Positions 11,256-24,253 of a DNA stretch of 41,538 nucleotides are shown piece after piece. Both the position numbers and the translations under genes were made by a program. Numbering within the stretch: the first letter of the stretch is position 1; each line of letters opens with the position of its first letter. The DNA is taken from NCBI GenBank assembly GCA_964035545.1, contig CAXIUT010000072.1, forward strand, positions 1 to 41,538, written 5' to 3'. Origin of the DNA: Bugula neritina. Its lineage: Eukaryota > Animalia > Bryozoa. Below the pieces are notes generated by a model. It worked only from the letters and a program-made list of their open reading frames with translations, did not search any database and had not been told where the DNA came from.

Positions 11256-12758
11256 ATGTAGAACCCCTTAAACCTCCTTAAAATCAAGGATATGATTCAC
11301 AACGGCATCTCCCGCATCCCCAAAGATCCTGGCTGTAGTGAAGCCATCATTGTCATTGGAGACACAGGAGTAGGTAAATCAACCATCATGGCCTTCCTAG
11401 CAGGAGCATAACTCACAGTCCGTTATGATGGTCTTAAACCTACTCTTGATACTACCCATGAAAGTGTAGTTAAAATAGGTCATTAAAAATATTCCGAAAC
11501 TTCTATTCCGAACAAAGTCGTTATCGATAATCTGGCTTTCTATGACTGTCCAGGCTTTAGAGACAACAAAGGTGAGTAGTATGAAATCTCTAACAGCTTC
11601 TTTGTACAAAGATTGTTAGATATCTACCCTAAAGTCAAAGTTGTACTCATGATTGATTAATCTCATATCAGTGAGTCTAGAGCTGATAAACTACCCAAAC
11701 TAACAAGCAATCTCTTGAAGTCATTCAAAACATTTGAGGATATCAAAGAGGGAGTAATAATGATTGTTAACAGAGCAGAAAGAGATCTATCTATATTCGA
11801 CTATCATCGTGAATTAAAGAAAATGTTGGAATTAAAAACTGAGCGTTAGTCTCTTTTCGGAAGAGAAGAACAAGCATTTTTGAAGTATCTTATGGATAAT
11901 AATCGAATAATTTTATTCAAACAGCCTAAGAAAGAAGATAAAAATCAGAAATTCGTACCATCTGACTCTGAACGTGGCATAATGAGATCAATAAAAAATT
12001 CAAATTTTGTCAAAAGCAAACACATCCTTAATATTCTTTCATAAAGTGCCAAACTAGCTATTAGAGACTTCATTGATGAAATAACTGAAAAATCAAATAT
12101 AAAAATAGAGAATATTTGTGCATAGATAGTGCGACAGTATTCATAAAAGGTATCAAAAGTAGGTAAAAATGTGAGAGGACTGATAGATATCAAAGAAGAA
12201 GTCATCAGTCTAGCTGAATAAATAAAATCTGCTCAAAAATAATAAATATTGAAAATATTACAAAGATAAATACCACCTTAAAAAGTATAAAACTTCACTT
12301 AAGATTTTGATGCTGTTATGTTCTTTAAAGGAGTCTATGATAAAACATCAACCTACTTTTCCAACCTTGTCAACAAAATATATGCAGAACTATCTCACCT
12401 CTTAGTCAAAATGGACAATCGAATCTTAAAAGTACAAAAAGATGAGCAATAAGAAGCATAAAGGCAACGTCAACTTCAGCGTAGAAAGGAACTACAAGAC
12501 CAACGTGAGCAATAAAGACAAGAAATGGCTAAACAGATGGATAAGATGAAAAATCTTAAAAATGAGATAACTCAAATGGGAAGTTCAAGTCGATCAATGA
12601 TCGATTCTCTTGGCAATACAATGAACTACCTCAACTCACTTGAATAAGAATTTGGTAAGTTGAAGGTAGATGCCAATAATTTAGAAGCAATGAACAAGGA
12701 TATGTACACCAATATCAGTCGTATAGAAACTACTTATATTAAGAAGTACCAATCCTGA
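11256..12758 (+). CDS. P-loop GTPase (AIG1/septin-like TRAFAC type) with C-terminal coiled coil
   Basis: GDTGVGKST, SETSIP and YDCPGFRD motifs; intronless 500-aa frame. Confidence 0.85.
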
Positions 12759-12842
12759 TTAGCTCTCATCATATATCTTATTGATAGTATTAAAATATTA
12801 ATAAGAGAAAATAGATAAAAGAGTATATTTGACAGAAATATA

Positions 12843-13969
12843 TCACCAATTCCATTTAAAGCTGAACCCCAAACTTGAATCTTGGTAGAAATTTTATCCG
12901 ATTGGCTTGAGTTTATACTTGATGACATAGTTGACAGCTGTTCGCCATAAGTTTAACTTACCTTCCCAACTACTAAAAAGTCCCTTATTACTAATACTCG
13001 CTTTAAAACTTTTCAACCATCCATACTTCAGCTTATTCTTCTCCATCATCAGTTAGAATGTTTAGTTTTGTCTTTGTACTCCAAATATCAAACTTTTTTA
13101 GAATTACACTACAAATCTAAATTCCTTGCTCTTCAAGGTACTATCTTCAAATGATCTAAATAAAGATAAAATATACACTGAACTATTCATTGTGCCTATA
13201 CCTAAATTATCCTGCCAATTAGCTGATATAGTATTCGAGAAATGATGAGTACTAGCTGAATCATACTTGAATTTATGTTCTAAATATAATTTACTGTTCT
13301 AATCTGTCACCAAATGACCTTTGTAGTAACTCTAAAATTTATGACTCAAGTTACTCCTTCCAATCAAACCAAATCCAATCATTTCTGTGTACTGGTCAAT
13401 CCAAGACAAAGATAGAGGTTTTTGTTTATTGCTTTTGCGGTCAAGATTGAAATTAATTCCAAATAGAGCCTTATCTTTGTTCTAATAGTTAATTCCACAC
13501 TTCATCTTCCAATTTTAACCTAACTTTTTGCTTTGAGATAACTTTTCAGTCACTTCACCTTTTTTATTCAACTTAGTAGCAGATGAAAAAGTCCCAAAAT
13601 CACTCTTTTTAGTTAATGTATTGCTAAAATCATAGTTTCTTATTGCATAGTGATTTTTAAAATTAAAATTGAGTTTAGATTTACTATTTATTCCTCCTAT
13701 CTAATCTTTATGATTGATTTTCAACCAAGAAGAAGTTTCAAATGGTCGAACCTTATTAACTTGATTCTCTATTGTTATTTTGAAGGGCTAAATCAATACA
13801 ATCATACTTGCAAATATTCCCGCTTAGTTTTGATATATGAATGCAAAGTAAGCAATCTTAGATCTTTCCCTGTTTTACCAAAATATTTTTTCTTGCTATA
13901 AGATTTCATCACAGCCTACTCCTCATCATCATCCTAGCTACGCTCTTCATTTTCATCGTCCTAATCCAT
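12843..13969 (-). CDS. Putative mitochondrial outer-membrane beta-barrel protein (divergent porin/Tom40-like)
   Basis: Amphipathic beta-strand pattern; ends in beta-signal-like SLGFSFKWNW; acidic N-terminus; 20-nt intron at 13788-13807. Confidence 0.5.
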
Positions 13970-13996
13970 CAAATGATATTATAAATAATTCAAATA

Positions 13997-14532
13997 ATGG
14001 ACACAGCTATCCCTGTACTTTTCATCGGACCATCTAACTCAGGAAAAACAGCTCTTATCCACTCAGCCACCACCAACCACGAATAAATCTTCCCCACTCC
14101 AGGACTAGAAATCAACTATCTCACTAACACATCAAGGACTATCCTAGCCTACGATTGTTCAGGCTAAGGATCTGCCAGAAATAATTGGAACCTCTTTGCC
14201 CCTCTAGTATAAGCAGTAGTATATGTAATTGATAGCAATAATGATGCCTCTTTTGTCTGGGCTAAAAAACATCTCTACACTTTTCTAGAAGAAAACACTC
14301 TCATGAAGTACATAGCAAATTATAAAGAAAAAAACCTCTATGTATAATGCTCAATAAATGTGATCTCAAACCCCGTCCTCCTAAAGAACTGCTTGTTAGA
14401 GCATTAAATGCAGAGCAAATAAGCAAGTTAGTTGGCAAATACTATATCAAGTAGACATCAGCTTTTAATAAAGAGGGGATAGATGAATGTTTTTAGTGGA
14501 TAATAAAGAGCAGTGTTAGTGCTGAACAATGA
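13997..14532 (+). CDS. Divergent Arf-like (ARL) small GTPase
   Basis: GPSNSGKT, PTPG, DCSGEG, YVIDS, NKCD and ETSA motifs; 20-nt intron at 14308-14327. Confidence 0.85.
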
Positions 14533-14561
14533 TAAATATTTTATAATGAAGTTGTTATAAG

Positions 14562-15452
14562 ATGAATTTAGATAAGCTAATCAAACCTATTAAAGTGCAT
14601 CGAGATAGTCCAACTACATAGGGAAATTAAATATAAAATAGACAACTACCAGAACAAGCTATTAGCATTCCTCTCCATAGCTAACACTCATATTTTGTAT
14701 CAACTTATAGAGAAGATGAAATTGATAGTTAGAATGTTTAAAGTAAAAGATAAAAATCAATAAAAACTGAATCGATTGATCTTGAGTTATAAAATATTAA
14801 TTAGTTAAAATAGAGGTTTAAAGAAAGAAGTAAAAAAAGATAACAAAGTAGTGCACATAGTATTAGTCAGTCTTCAATCAATAAAATCACTTCATAGAAT
14901 AAAAATAAATATTGTCATACATCGTAGTTCTAACTTTAATGTTTCAGTATTAAAAAAGAATAGTACAATAATAAAAATAATAACTTCAAAAAAGAAGAAT
15001 CTTAACAGACAAAAAATCTTAAACATTTATAAAAAGAATAAAAAAGTTATAAACCTAAACCAGTGAAAGAAGAGTCATCTCAAAAGATTTAAAAATTGAT
15101 AACTTGCTAGAAGAGTTGTAATTGTGAGTAGTAGCTTTCAAGTTTTATGAAACAAACCAGATATGAGATATCTAAACTTTTAAAAAGAGTATAAAAAGTA
15201 TAAAATATCAATCATTCTTCAATATAAATTAAAAATGATAATAAACATGAAATAGTTCAAGATAATTAAATAGAAAGATCTCTAAAAGATAAATAAAACA
15301 GTTCAAATATATCAATCCCTCAAAATAAAAATATTATCAATGTTTTATCATAAAGTTCCAAAATATTTAATAATAAAGATAACATCCCTTCAACCAATCA
15401 AACAAAAGTCTAAACTCTTCTAGAACGACTCCAACTAAAAATCATAAAATGA
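14562..15452 (+). CDS. Hypothetical low-complexity protein (296 aa)
   Basis: Uninterrupted ATG-to-TGA frame filling the intergenic space. Confidence 0.6.
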
Positions 15453-15489
15453 TTATCATCAACTCATATCAACAATATTGTATTATCAT

Positions 15490-16392
15490 TCAGTGTTCGT
15501 CTTTAAATGGAGCAAAGACCACACCTTCATATAACTATAACATCTTCTCATCTACAACCTAACCTATTACATTCAATAACTATCGCTTCCATAAATACAT
15601 GTCTTTTCGATACATCTTGAGGAATAACACCTTAGCACGACCTTAACAACTTATCTGAAATCCTAAATTACTCAATTACTCTGATAGCAGTAAATGAACT
15701 CTACTTTGGAGCAGCTATAGTTCATGATGAGCTACTGGAGCAGGTATAGGATAGGCTACTAAAACAGCAAAGTCTTTAACTCCTACTTGTCCTTTACCTA
15801 TCACTCTTGGTATAATTGCTGGAGTTTCCTCCAATCCTATTTTATTCATTTAACTTTTCAACTTTCCCTCTACTTCTATCCTCAACTGCTCCTCCATGCC
15901 GCCTAATCGATAGTTCTTCATTTTGAATTTGTTAGGAGTAAAATCATACACATCATACCAATTGTTATTCCACGGATTTGTTCTTGCTTGTTCCATTTGA
16001 GTCAGCAACTCTCTATAGGCAAACATTGGAAAATTTCCAATAGTTATATGATGACTACTCTCGATGATAGGTTGACTCTAGCAGCACAATCCGAAGTAGC
16101 AATCAATGCAGTCTCTAACTCTGAATTGCTGAGTCGTGCAGATCACTCTTACATATTCACAGTCACGGACAAAAACACTTGCCTCACAGGCACCCACAAA
16201 TACAGTGCAGTATTTGCATTGGTCGATGTAGACACATGCTGCTGTGTCGAAGAGATAGATGTGACATTATTCACAGTCTGAGATTTGAAATTGTTGGTTA
16301 TGGAGTTATCCAGGACGGCGAATCAAAGTTTAAAACCAGCCGTCTTAGATTTTGAAATCCTAGCGACGAAGGTTCTTCTTCCTTGCAAACAT
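15490..16392 (-). CDS. RP2: XRP2/RP2-like TBCC-domain protein (ARL3 GAP family)
   Basis: [33 protein letters not shown] and [12 protein letters not shown] motifs. Confidence 0.9.
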
Positions 16393-16550
16393 CTAACCTT
16401 TCAAATTATAAACATAGTCAAATAATAATTTTCATCTTTTTATTTTTTATCTTCTTGATAAACGATTTTTCAATCTTTGATTTTTTTCACTTTACTATCT
16501 TTTTGAATAATATCACAATCATATCATTCTTAATCAATAAATATATAACT

Positions 16551-19064
16551 ATGCTGAACACAATTAGTGGTGGTTCCACCCTTCCAAGAGAAGTAATCCA
16601 ATGGCTAGACTCTCTCGACCTTTCCTACGCAGTTCGCAATCCTCGAATGGATTTAGCCAATGGATTTCTAATCGCATAAATACTCACAAGAATATATCCC
16701 AGCGAAATATCTATCCTTACCTTTTACAATGCCACAAGGAAAGATAGAAAAATAGATAATTGGCAACAAATACAAAAATGTAACTCTTTTCTTATCAACA
16801 AATCATTAGGTTTGTTGTTGTTTTATCCATCTTGTCAGTTATATTTTAGTCATCGCGAAAAAGAAGTTCAAAATATCCAAAGAATAATACTAGTCCATCG
16901 TTAATCTTGGTCCCTAAAGCGGTCAGACCTTTCTCTTCAGACTTTATTAATTTCTTACAGGCCAAAAACTCAACACAGATCGACGTCTTACTAGTACTCT
17001 TACGCCTCCTGAACAACCTCTTTATAAACAACCCACAGCCAGTTATGCAGCTAAAGATAGATAGCTTCATAGAGTAGTTGACTAAAGATAAAAAGAAGCT
17101 AGGACAATGATGAGATTGACCCAGCAGAAGAATATGATACATACTCAAAAGTATAATACAGGTTTGATTGAATGGTTGATATAAAAGAGAAAAGACGAAA
17201 TATAGAAATAGGTATCAAGGCAAAAAGATTAGATCTAGAAAAGAACAAAGTCGTTTGTTAATAATTAATCTAAAGTGTAGGTGAGAGAAATATAACTTAA
17301 ATGTTTCAATTCTTCTACATCTAAAAAACCTAAAGGATAGTATGGATAAATTAGCTAAAGCAAAGGAATTCTTGACTTTCTTGCCTAAGCTTCTTCTCTT
17401 CTCATTAAAAAATAATCTATATCCAATGACTTGAAAAAATTTGGAATTTAAATTCTTAAAGAAAAAGATGGGTCAGGAATCAACCTAGTAGTAGAGATTT
17501 TTAGTCATTGTGATGAAGAGGATAACAAGGGCAACAGGAAGATAACTGCTGACACTTTAAATAAGATTTTATAGTTGTTTAAAAAGACAAGTTAGGTGAA
17601 CATGATCGTTGAAAACATCAATAGTAATTTCCTTGATTATCGTAAATTTTTCAATATGGTTCAAAAGGTGTTTAAAATATACGACAAAGATTCATAAACA
17701 TACAAACTAGCTGTTTCTCTTTACGGTCAAATCGCTAAAGGTTTACTTCGAGGCGATGCTGAAACATCATAGATGATGTTCGAATAAATACTTTTACCAG
17801 ATCTACTTAAAATAGCATAAAATTAACATAAAAAACCAACAATTGTCAATTTGATTCTTGAATTTGTCAGAAAAGAGTCAGAGTGTTACTTGTCGCTTAT
17901 TCATAGAATTAAATAATTGGTTGCAGGAAATATTAGGAATTATGTTACTTTGCTTGCTCATTTGCTGTAAAAAATAGCTAGAGATTGTGATGATATTCAA
18001 TATACTCTATGGAGTTAGTTCTTCTATTATGGATTTTTGGCACTTAACAATCCAGCTCCTTCAGTGAGAACTCATGGCGCTAAGATACTAGCTAGACTGT
18101 TTAGCGATGTTGTTGTAGCTAATAATTAGATAATAGGTTAAAAGTTGTAGGCTCTAAAAGGGTTAGTAACTGATCCATGGTGGGAAGTCAGGGCACAAGC
18201 TCTAGTAATCTTCAAAGCAATTCTTCTTTCCAAATACAAGCAATCATCTTCTTCTTCAGATATTAATGAAGACCTCAACACTAAAACTATTATTCACTAC
18301 ATAAAATAGATTTTCAAACCGGATGTTTCTCATAATATTCTTCGTATTGGACTAATAGAATTAGCCTAACTGATAGTGTATGAATAGAATCTATGCGAAA
18401 GGTATTTATAGATTCTTCTGCATGTAGGTCCACAAATCAGAGCTGATATTCTTAACACACATATTATCAAATTCGGTCCGGTAGTGTATGGTTCAAATAC
18501 TTTCATTTATAAGTTGACAGGTGCGCCTTTAGTTTGGAATTCTTTAGGTCTAGCCAAAGTGTTGTCAAAGTATATCTAAAAATAGAGAATATAAACTATG
18601 AATAAATCTAATTTATAAATTCTTTTTGCTACAATATCCAAAACAGGAAATTTTATTGACAATTATCCTGAATGGCTCTAACTATATCAACAATTCAAAT
18701 AAAAATTGTTCAAGGCATTACTTGATTAGTAACTCTGTGGACTTGGATTCAGTATCATCAAGGAGTTCCTAGAAACAGAACAGATACATGCTGATATCAT
18801 AACTGCTTCAAAGACAGAACTATCAAGATTATTAAGTAATATTTATTTGATTTAGGTAAAGTGTATATCGATGAGAGTGAAGGAGAAGTGAAATCGAATA
18901 TTTTGGAATTGTTCAAATATCTAACTGCAACTTAAAGCTAATATACCTACAAAATTATAAAAGATTTCGCAGAAAAGGAAAAGAGCAAGTATTTGGCTTC
19001 TAACCTTGTTGACTTCATGAACGGTTTGACAAGATAGAGAAGAAAAAGATTGTTTAATGAGTGA
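16551..19064 (+). CDS. SPATA4/SPEF1-family CH-like domain protein with helical C-terminal region
   Basis: [34 protein letters not shown]...DNWQQI; introns at 16780-16849 (70 nt) and 18836-18855 (20 nt). Confidence 0.88.
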
Positions 19065-19109
19065 TAATGATTGATTGAGATTGATTAGAATAACTATATT
19101 ATTAATTCT

Positions 19110-20347
19110 ATGGGAAATTCAAACTACTAACAGTAAATACTCCAACTATAACAACCCTACACATCTAACTAACACAAAATAGACCCCTTCTTTGGCTCAC
19201 ATACTATCCTCACCTCCAAAAACAATCAACCTCTTCTTCGCAAAGATATCATCTTCAATTCAGAATCCTAGCATAAATATTTTCATGACTAGTATAATAA
19301 AATATAGCATAAACCTTTTAATCTGATCTATCCATGCCAAATGTTCAGTAATACCACCATTGATAGTTGCAGTGGTCATCGGTAGGCAAAGGTATATTTT
19401 CCTATCAGTGGTCATACACTTAAATAGGTGGTATAAATGTAGGGGACTTTTAGTTAGGTGAAAACTTGGTTTTTATTGAATGAGTTGTCAAAAAGTTTAT
19501 AAATTATGGAACTCAATAGTAGAGCGCATTGGATGATATCACCTGATACTGTTTATCGAAATAAAACTAATAACTTTCTCCTTTATGATAGTTTTTTCAT
19601 CATAGGATGTGATCCCGCCAGTACCTAATCCATAAAAGTAGAGACTTCCTTAATAACACCATAAAATCAAATCAAATACCAATACTCGATAAAATATCAA
19701 AACTACTCGAAAAAGGATCATCTCTCAGTATTTCATAAGGACAGGAACAAGATATGTACTGTTTAGGATTGACTCTTTTGTTTGTGATTACTGGACAAGA
19801 AGGAAGACTATTGCCTCCTTATCCTTACCAACAGCAAGTAATACAATAAATATTAGCATCTAAGATATAGTAGTTTAGTAGATAGCTTATTGAAATTATT
19901 AGATCATTGACATAAAGAAATAGTTTCAGAAGAATGGATAATCTACAACTGAGAAGGCTACTTAAAGATAAAGAATCAGATATTATTAAAATGGAAAGCA
20001 AATAATTTAAAACAACCAAAAGACAATCAAGACTATCATCAGTCATAGAATAACCTCCGAATGTAAGCTCAATAACTCAACAAACAAATAGATTCAACCA
20101 TAAAAATCCATTCTACAGTCAAAGACTTCCCATCAAATAACCATAATTCAAAATAACCCATCAACCAATTTAATTCACTCCTAACTTAAAAACCAACAGA
20201 AATCAGCCATCTAATTATCCTTAAAACTGGTCCCCTCGAGTCCAGTCAAAATCATCTCAACAAACACCTAAAATTACATTCAAAGCAACTCCTACCCTCA
20301 ACAGAATTAAAAGTTTTGGCAGTCTACGAGGATAAAGATTAGCATGA
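19110..20347 (+). CDS. Putatively myristoylated pseudokinase
   Basis: MGNS start; FSEVKTWFLL, HWMISPDTV and DMYCLGLTLL motifs; probable 23-nt intron at 19621-19643. Confidence 0.7.
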
Positions 20348-20352
20348 TTCAT

Positions 20353-20415
20353 AATATCTGATATTAACAACATCAAAATCTGATAATAACAACAGTAAAA
20401 TCTGATAATAACAAC
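20353..20415. repeat. Three tandem 22-bp-period copies of AAAATCTGATAATAACAAC
   Basis: Copies start at 20353, 20375 and 20397, between two convergent stop codons. Confidence 0.85.
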
Positions 20416-20419
20416 AAAA

Positions 20420-21319
20420 TCATGAAGCAAAATCTCTCTCTTTAACCTTTATATTCTTTTTCCTATTGTTGTGCACCTTGATATTTCTTGCCTAAAATAA
20501 ACCCCTTCGATAAACAGAATCAAATCTTTATCGAAGCAACTCACTGTTCAACTCTACCTTGCTCACCTGCTTAACTGGAGTTCCCTCAGGAATGTATTCC
20601 TTGAAACGGTATATCTTCTTACCTAACTTTGCCCCTTTTCTTACATAACCTTGTTTCTGTTATTTTAATAATAGATCCTTTTTAATTTGTTTTGTTTTTA
20701 TTTTAGATTCAATCTTTTTCTCCTTCTAATCTATCTATTTCTTGATAGATTTGATGTTATGCAATTCCTTCTTTATTTCTTTCGCCTTTGCCCTTTCTCT
20801 TGCTTATAGTTGGGCTGCTCTTTTCTTTTTGTTTCTATGTCTGACTTGCACTTCTGGTAATTCTGTTTTAGCTTTAACTCTTCCTTAGACAGGTTTGACT
20901 TGTTCAAAATCGATTACTCTTTCCTTGAGTTTATCAATATCTTGATCTCTTGGATTGTATGAATGGCCAGATTAAGGAATAATTACAGCAGGAATTTAAG
21001 AAGGTTTGTATTTATGTCTTCCATCAAATGAAGTACTCCATGGATCATCCAACTCCTTAAGATTATGATTTCTGGTGATGGTATTGTTATATTTAGTTTT
21101 GGGAAGAGGGATAGTTTTATTTTTGAATCTATTGGGGTCAAGTTGTTTTCTTCCTGCTGAACTATCTACAACTTCAATTTGAGGTTGGAACTTTTATCTT
21201 ACTTATTCTGTATGTTTTTGATCTCTTGCTTGGAGGAGTTCAGAAACATCAATGTTTTTAGCCCACTTCTTTTTGTTTTGTTTACCTTTAAGACCTTTCA
21301 CCTTTATCAATTATGCCAT
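20420..21319 (-). CDS. NOP53: 60S ribosome biogenesis protein Nop53/GLTSCR2
   Basis: KKKWAKNIDVSE, PAVIIPESGHSYNP and LLRERFDSVYRRGLFEAR motifs. Confidence 0.88.
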
Positions 21320-21495
21320 TTCAACTATGCTTATATCAACGAATTAATATTAAACTCATCATTTATTATCAAAGATTAACTTCATTTATTTATTTTAAAA
21401 AGATTATTCGAATTAAGAATATTTTTATATCAAGACTCCGAATTAAAACTATAAATCTGGTAACATTCGGATAATATATAAGAATTTTTTAAAGT

Positions 21496-24188
21496 ATGTT
21501 TAAATAGTAAAAACCTAAAAATGCTTTCCTCCAAAAGAAAAACCAAGAAAAAGCAAAAGCAGCCGAACAACTCAAACAAAAAACTCTCACTCTCAAACTA
21601 CAAAAAAATATAAGAGCTCATCTCATCAAAAAATAACTAATCAAACAAGCAACCACCCATTCAGACTTAAAACTTCTACTCATCATGAAACACAGTCTTG
21701 AACATTTCCAGAAACAATAAATCTCTGATTTCCTTACAAAAATATCAAACGAATCATATTAAGTACAGTTGTACTATCTCTGTGAATTTGTTAACCAAAA
21801 CGTAAAGAATTCCAAACACTCATAATTTGCATTAAAGATAATAAACCATTCAAGTAACCAAGCTGTTAGAAAAAGAATAATCTATAATCCTAATTTTATC
21901 AACATACTTGGAGATCTTCTGGCTAGAGGTAAGGCTCAGCAACTTGTCAATTCAGTTAGTAAAGAACTACAATAAAATAAGATGTTGCTTAAGATAGAAG
22001 GAGAAGTCGTTATGGGTGCTATTTTGGAACAGTTCAGATAAAATAAAATGGATATAGAAAATCATATGGAGTTTTCAAGTGAAGTCATCCTACTCTTTAT
22101 CTCAACACTCCACATGCAAGGACATCTAATCAGAAAAGCAAATCTTGGGAATCTAGCCAGACTCATTCTCTTCTACATTTCAACCATTTCTAAATAAAAA
22201 ACATAAGAATCAGTCCAAATACTTTGCTATCTCTTCGAATAACTCTTGGTTAGTGGAATATAAAGTCATGACTTGATTGTGCAAAAACTCATGAAGGAAA
22301 ATCATCATATTCTTATATTGATAGAAGACTAAGAAATGTTAGAATAAATATAATCAAAATTAAGGAGATAAGAGTCAATGTAGACCTTTACTAACTAATT
22401 TTTATCCCATACTAGAAAAATTATGACACATCCGACAATCCTTCAACTCTTCAACTCAGGCCATTACAAATCTCTCAACTCTATTCTTCTAAAAATGGTA
22501 AACTAACTCTCCATCCTCTTTGAAGACCATAAACTCATCTTTATCCGTTAAATAATAAGCTCTGATAAAGTTCTGCAGTCACTTGTCCATAGTAAGGATC
22601 CTATGTTTTTTTAGGGACTTAAAATGAGACTACTTGGCATGGATGACCCTTAGTTTAAAGATTTAAAATTATTTACTTAACAATAATGGCATTTTATAAT
22701 AAAAAATAGTATTTAAGTGGCTGATATAAAAATACAAAAAACTATTGAAAAATCATCAATACAAATGTCAAAACTAACTCCTTTCAAAAAAAGAAATAAT
22801 GATTAGATATAATTCAAAACAGTTGTAGACATTTTGAATAATTTATATAAAAAGATCAGTAGAACAAACAAATTCAATAAATAGATATTTATTGACTACA
22901 CTTTGAGTTAACAACTTAGATATTTCTTATTTGGGAAAGGAGCCATTCGTATTTAACTTTTCTTAAAACATCTACCTTTTCTTTTCTCTTTTTAATCAAG
23001 AATGGGTAAATTTAAATAATTTATAAAAGCAGATAAACTCAATCATGATAGAACTCTTTTCTTACAGTAAGAAGTTGACTAAGATCTGATTATAGCTGTG
23101 AGAAGAGGTCACTAATTCATGGATGCCTTTGAAGTTTGCATGAATAGAGATCTAAGAATGAAATATAAAATTATATTCTTTAATCAGCAAGGATTAGAAG
23201 AAGAAGGAGTTGATGGAGGAGGAATCATCAAATAATTTATCAATAGAGTACTCAAGTAAATCATCTCTTATTTAGATCAGCTTTCAGCTAGCACTATTCT
23301 TTGTTTATGGACTCGCCTCTTAACTAAATACTACCCAATCCTGACTCTAAAGCCAATGTGGAATATTAGTTTATTGGAAAATTGATAGGAAAAGCTGTCT
23401 ATTAAGGAATCAATATTGAACAAAAATTCAGTGAGCCTTTTCTTAATTTACTCATTGGAAGACAAAATACCTTTGAAGATCTTCAGTTCATTGACCCTGA
23501 AATATATAGAAATTTACTTATAATAAAAAATTAGATCCAAGATCTTGATGGTCTTGAGCAGACTTATGTCATCTATGATAAACTTCCCAATGGAAAAAGT
23601 CAATACATTGATTTGATGTGTCCAGGAAAATAACCTACAGTCAATCAAGTTATGGTAACCAAGTAAATTATTCTTAATATAGTGATAATAAAATGGATTT
23701 CATTTGAGATACTCAGATTTCAAATGTAACAAACAAATATCTGAAAAAACAAGGTTATTCAGAAAAGGATTTCTTAAAGTAATAAAACTAGAATGGCTTA
23801 CTATGTTCAATAACTAATAACTCAATAGCATCATTTCAGGATCAAATCCAGATTTCAATGTAGAATAAATGAAATAATCAACCATATATAAAGACTACCA
23901 CTCCAAAGACTAAACTATTGTTCATTTTTGGCAAATACTTCAATAAATGACACGTTAGAAAAGTCAGCTCTTCTGCTATATATTACTTCCTGCTCAAGGC
24001 CACCTACTTTAGGCTTTGCATCGATGAAACCTAAAATTTGTATTACTCGAGATGATGATATCAACCATTTGCCTACAGCTAATACATGCATGAATGTTCT
24101 AAGGCTACCTAACTATAAAAATAAAATATTAATGAAAAAGAAACTCTTGTATGCCATCCATTCAAAAGCAGGCTTCGAATTTGCATGA
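21496..24188 (+). CDS. HECT E3 ubiquitin ligase, UBE3B/C-like, with N-terminal IQ-like motif
   Basis: LQKNIRAHL, EEGVDGGGIIKEF, GKAVYEG, TSCSRPPTLGF and LPTANTCMNVLRLP motifs; 20-nt introns at 23256-23275 and 23663-23682; two 1-nt deletions near 23704 and 23956. Confidence 0.92.
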
Positions 24189-24253
24189 TACTTATCTGTT
24201 ATTCTTAATAAAACAATCGCTTAATAACTATTGAGTGTTATAGATCAAATCAT

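Noticed and set aside
20353-20415. CRISPR-like array or mobile element
   Set aside because: Only 3-nt linkers separate the copies in a eukaryotic context; I recognised no cas, transposase or reverse transcriptase genes in the window
21496-24188. HECT, ANP32-like and FHA genes as pseudogenes
   Set aside because: Motifs are intact on both sides of single-base breaks, so read error is more parsimonious
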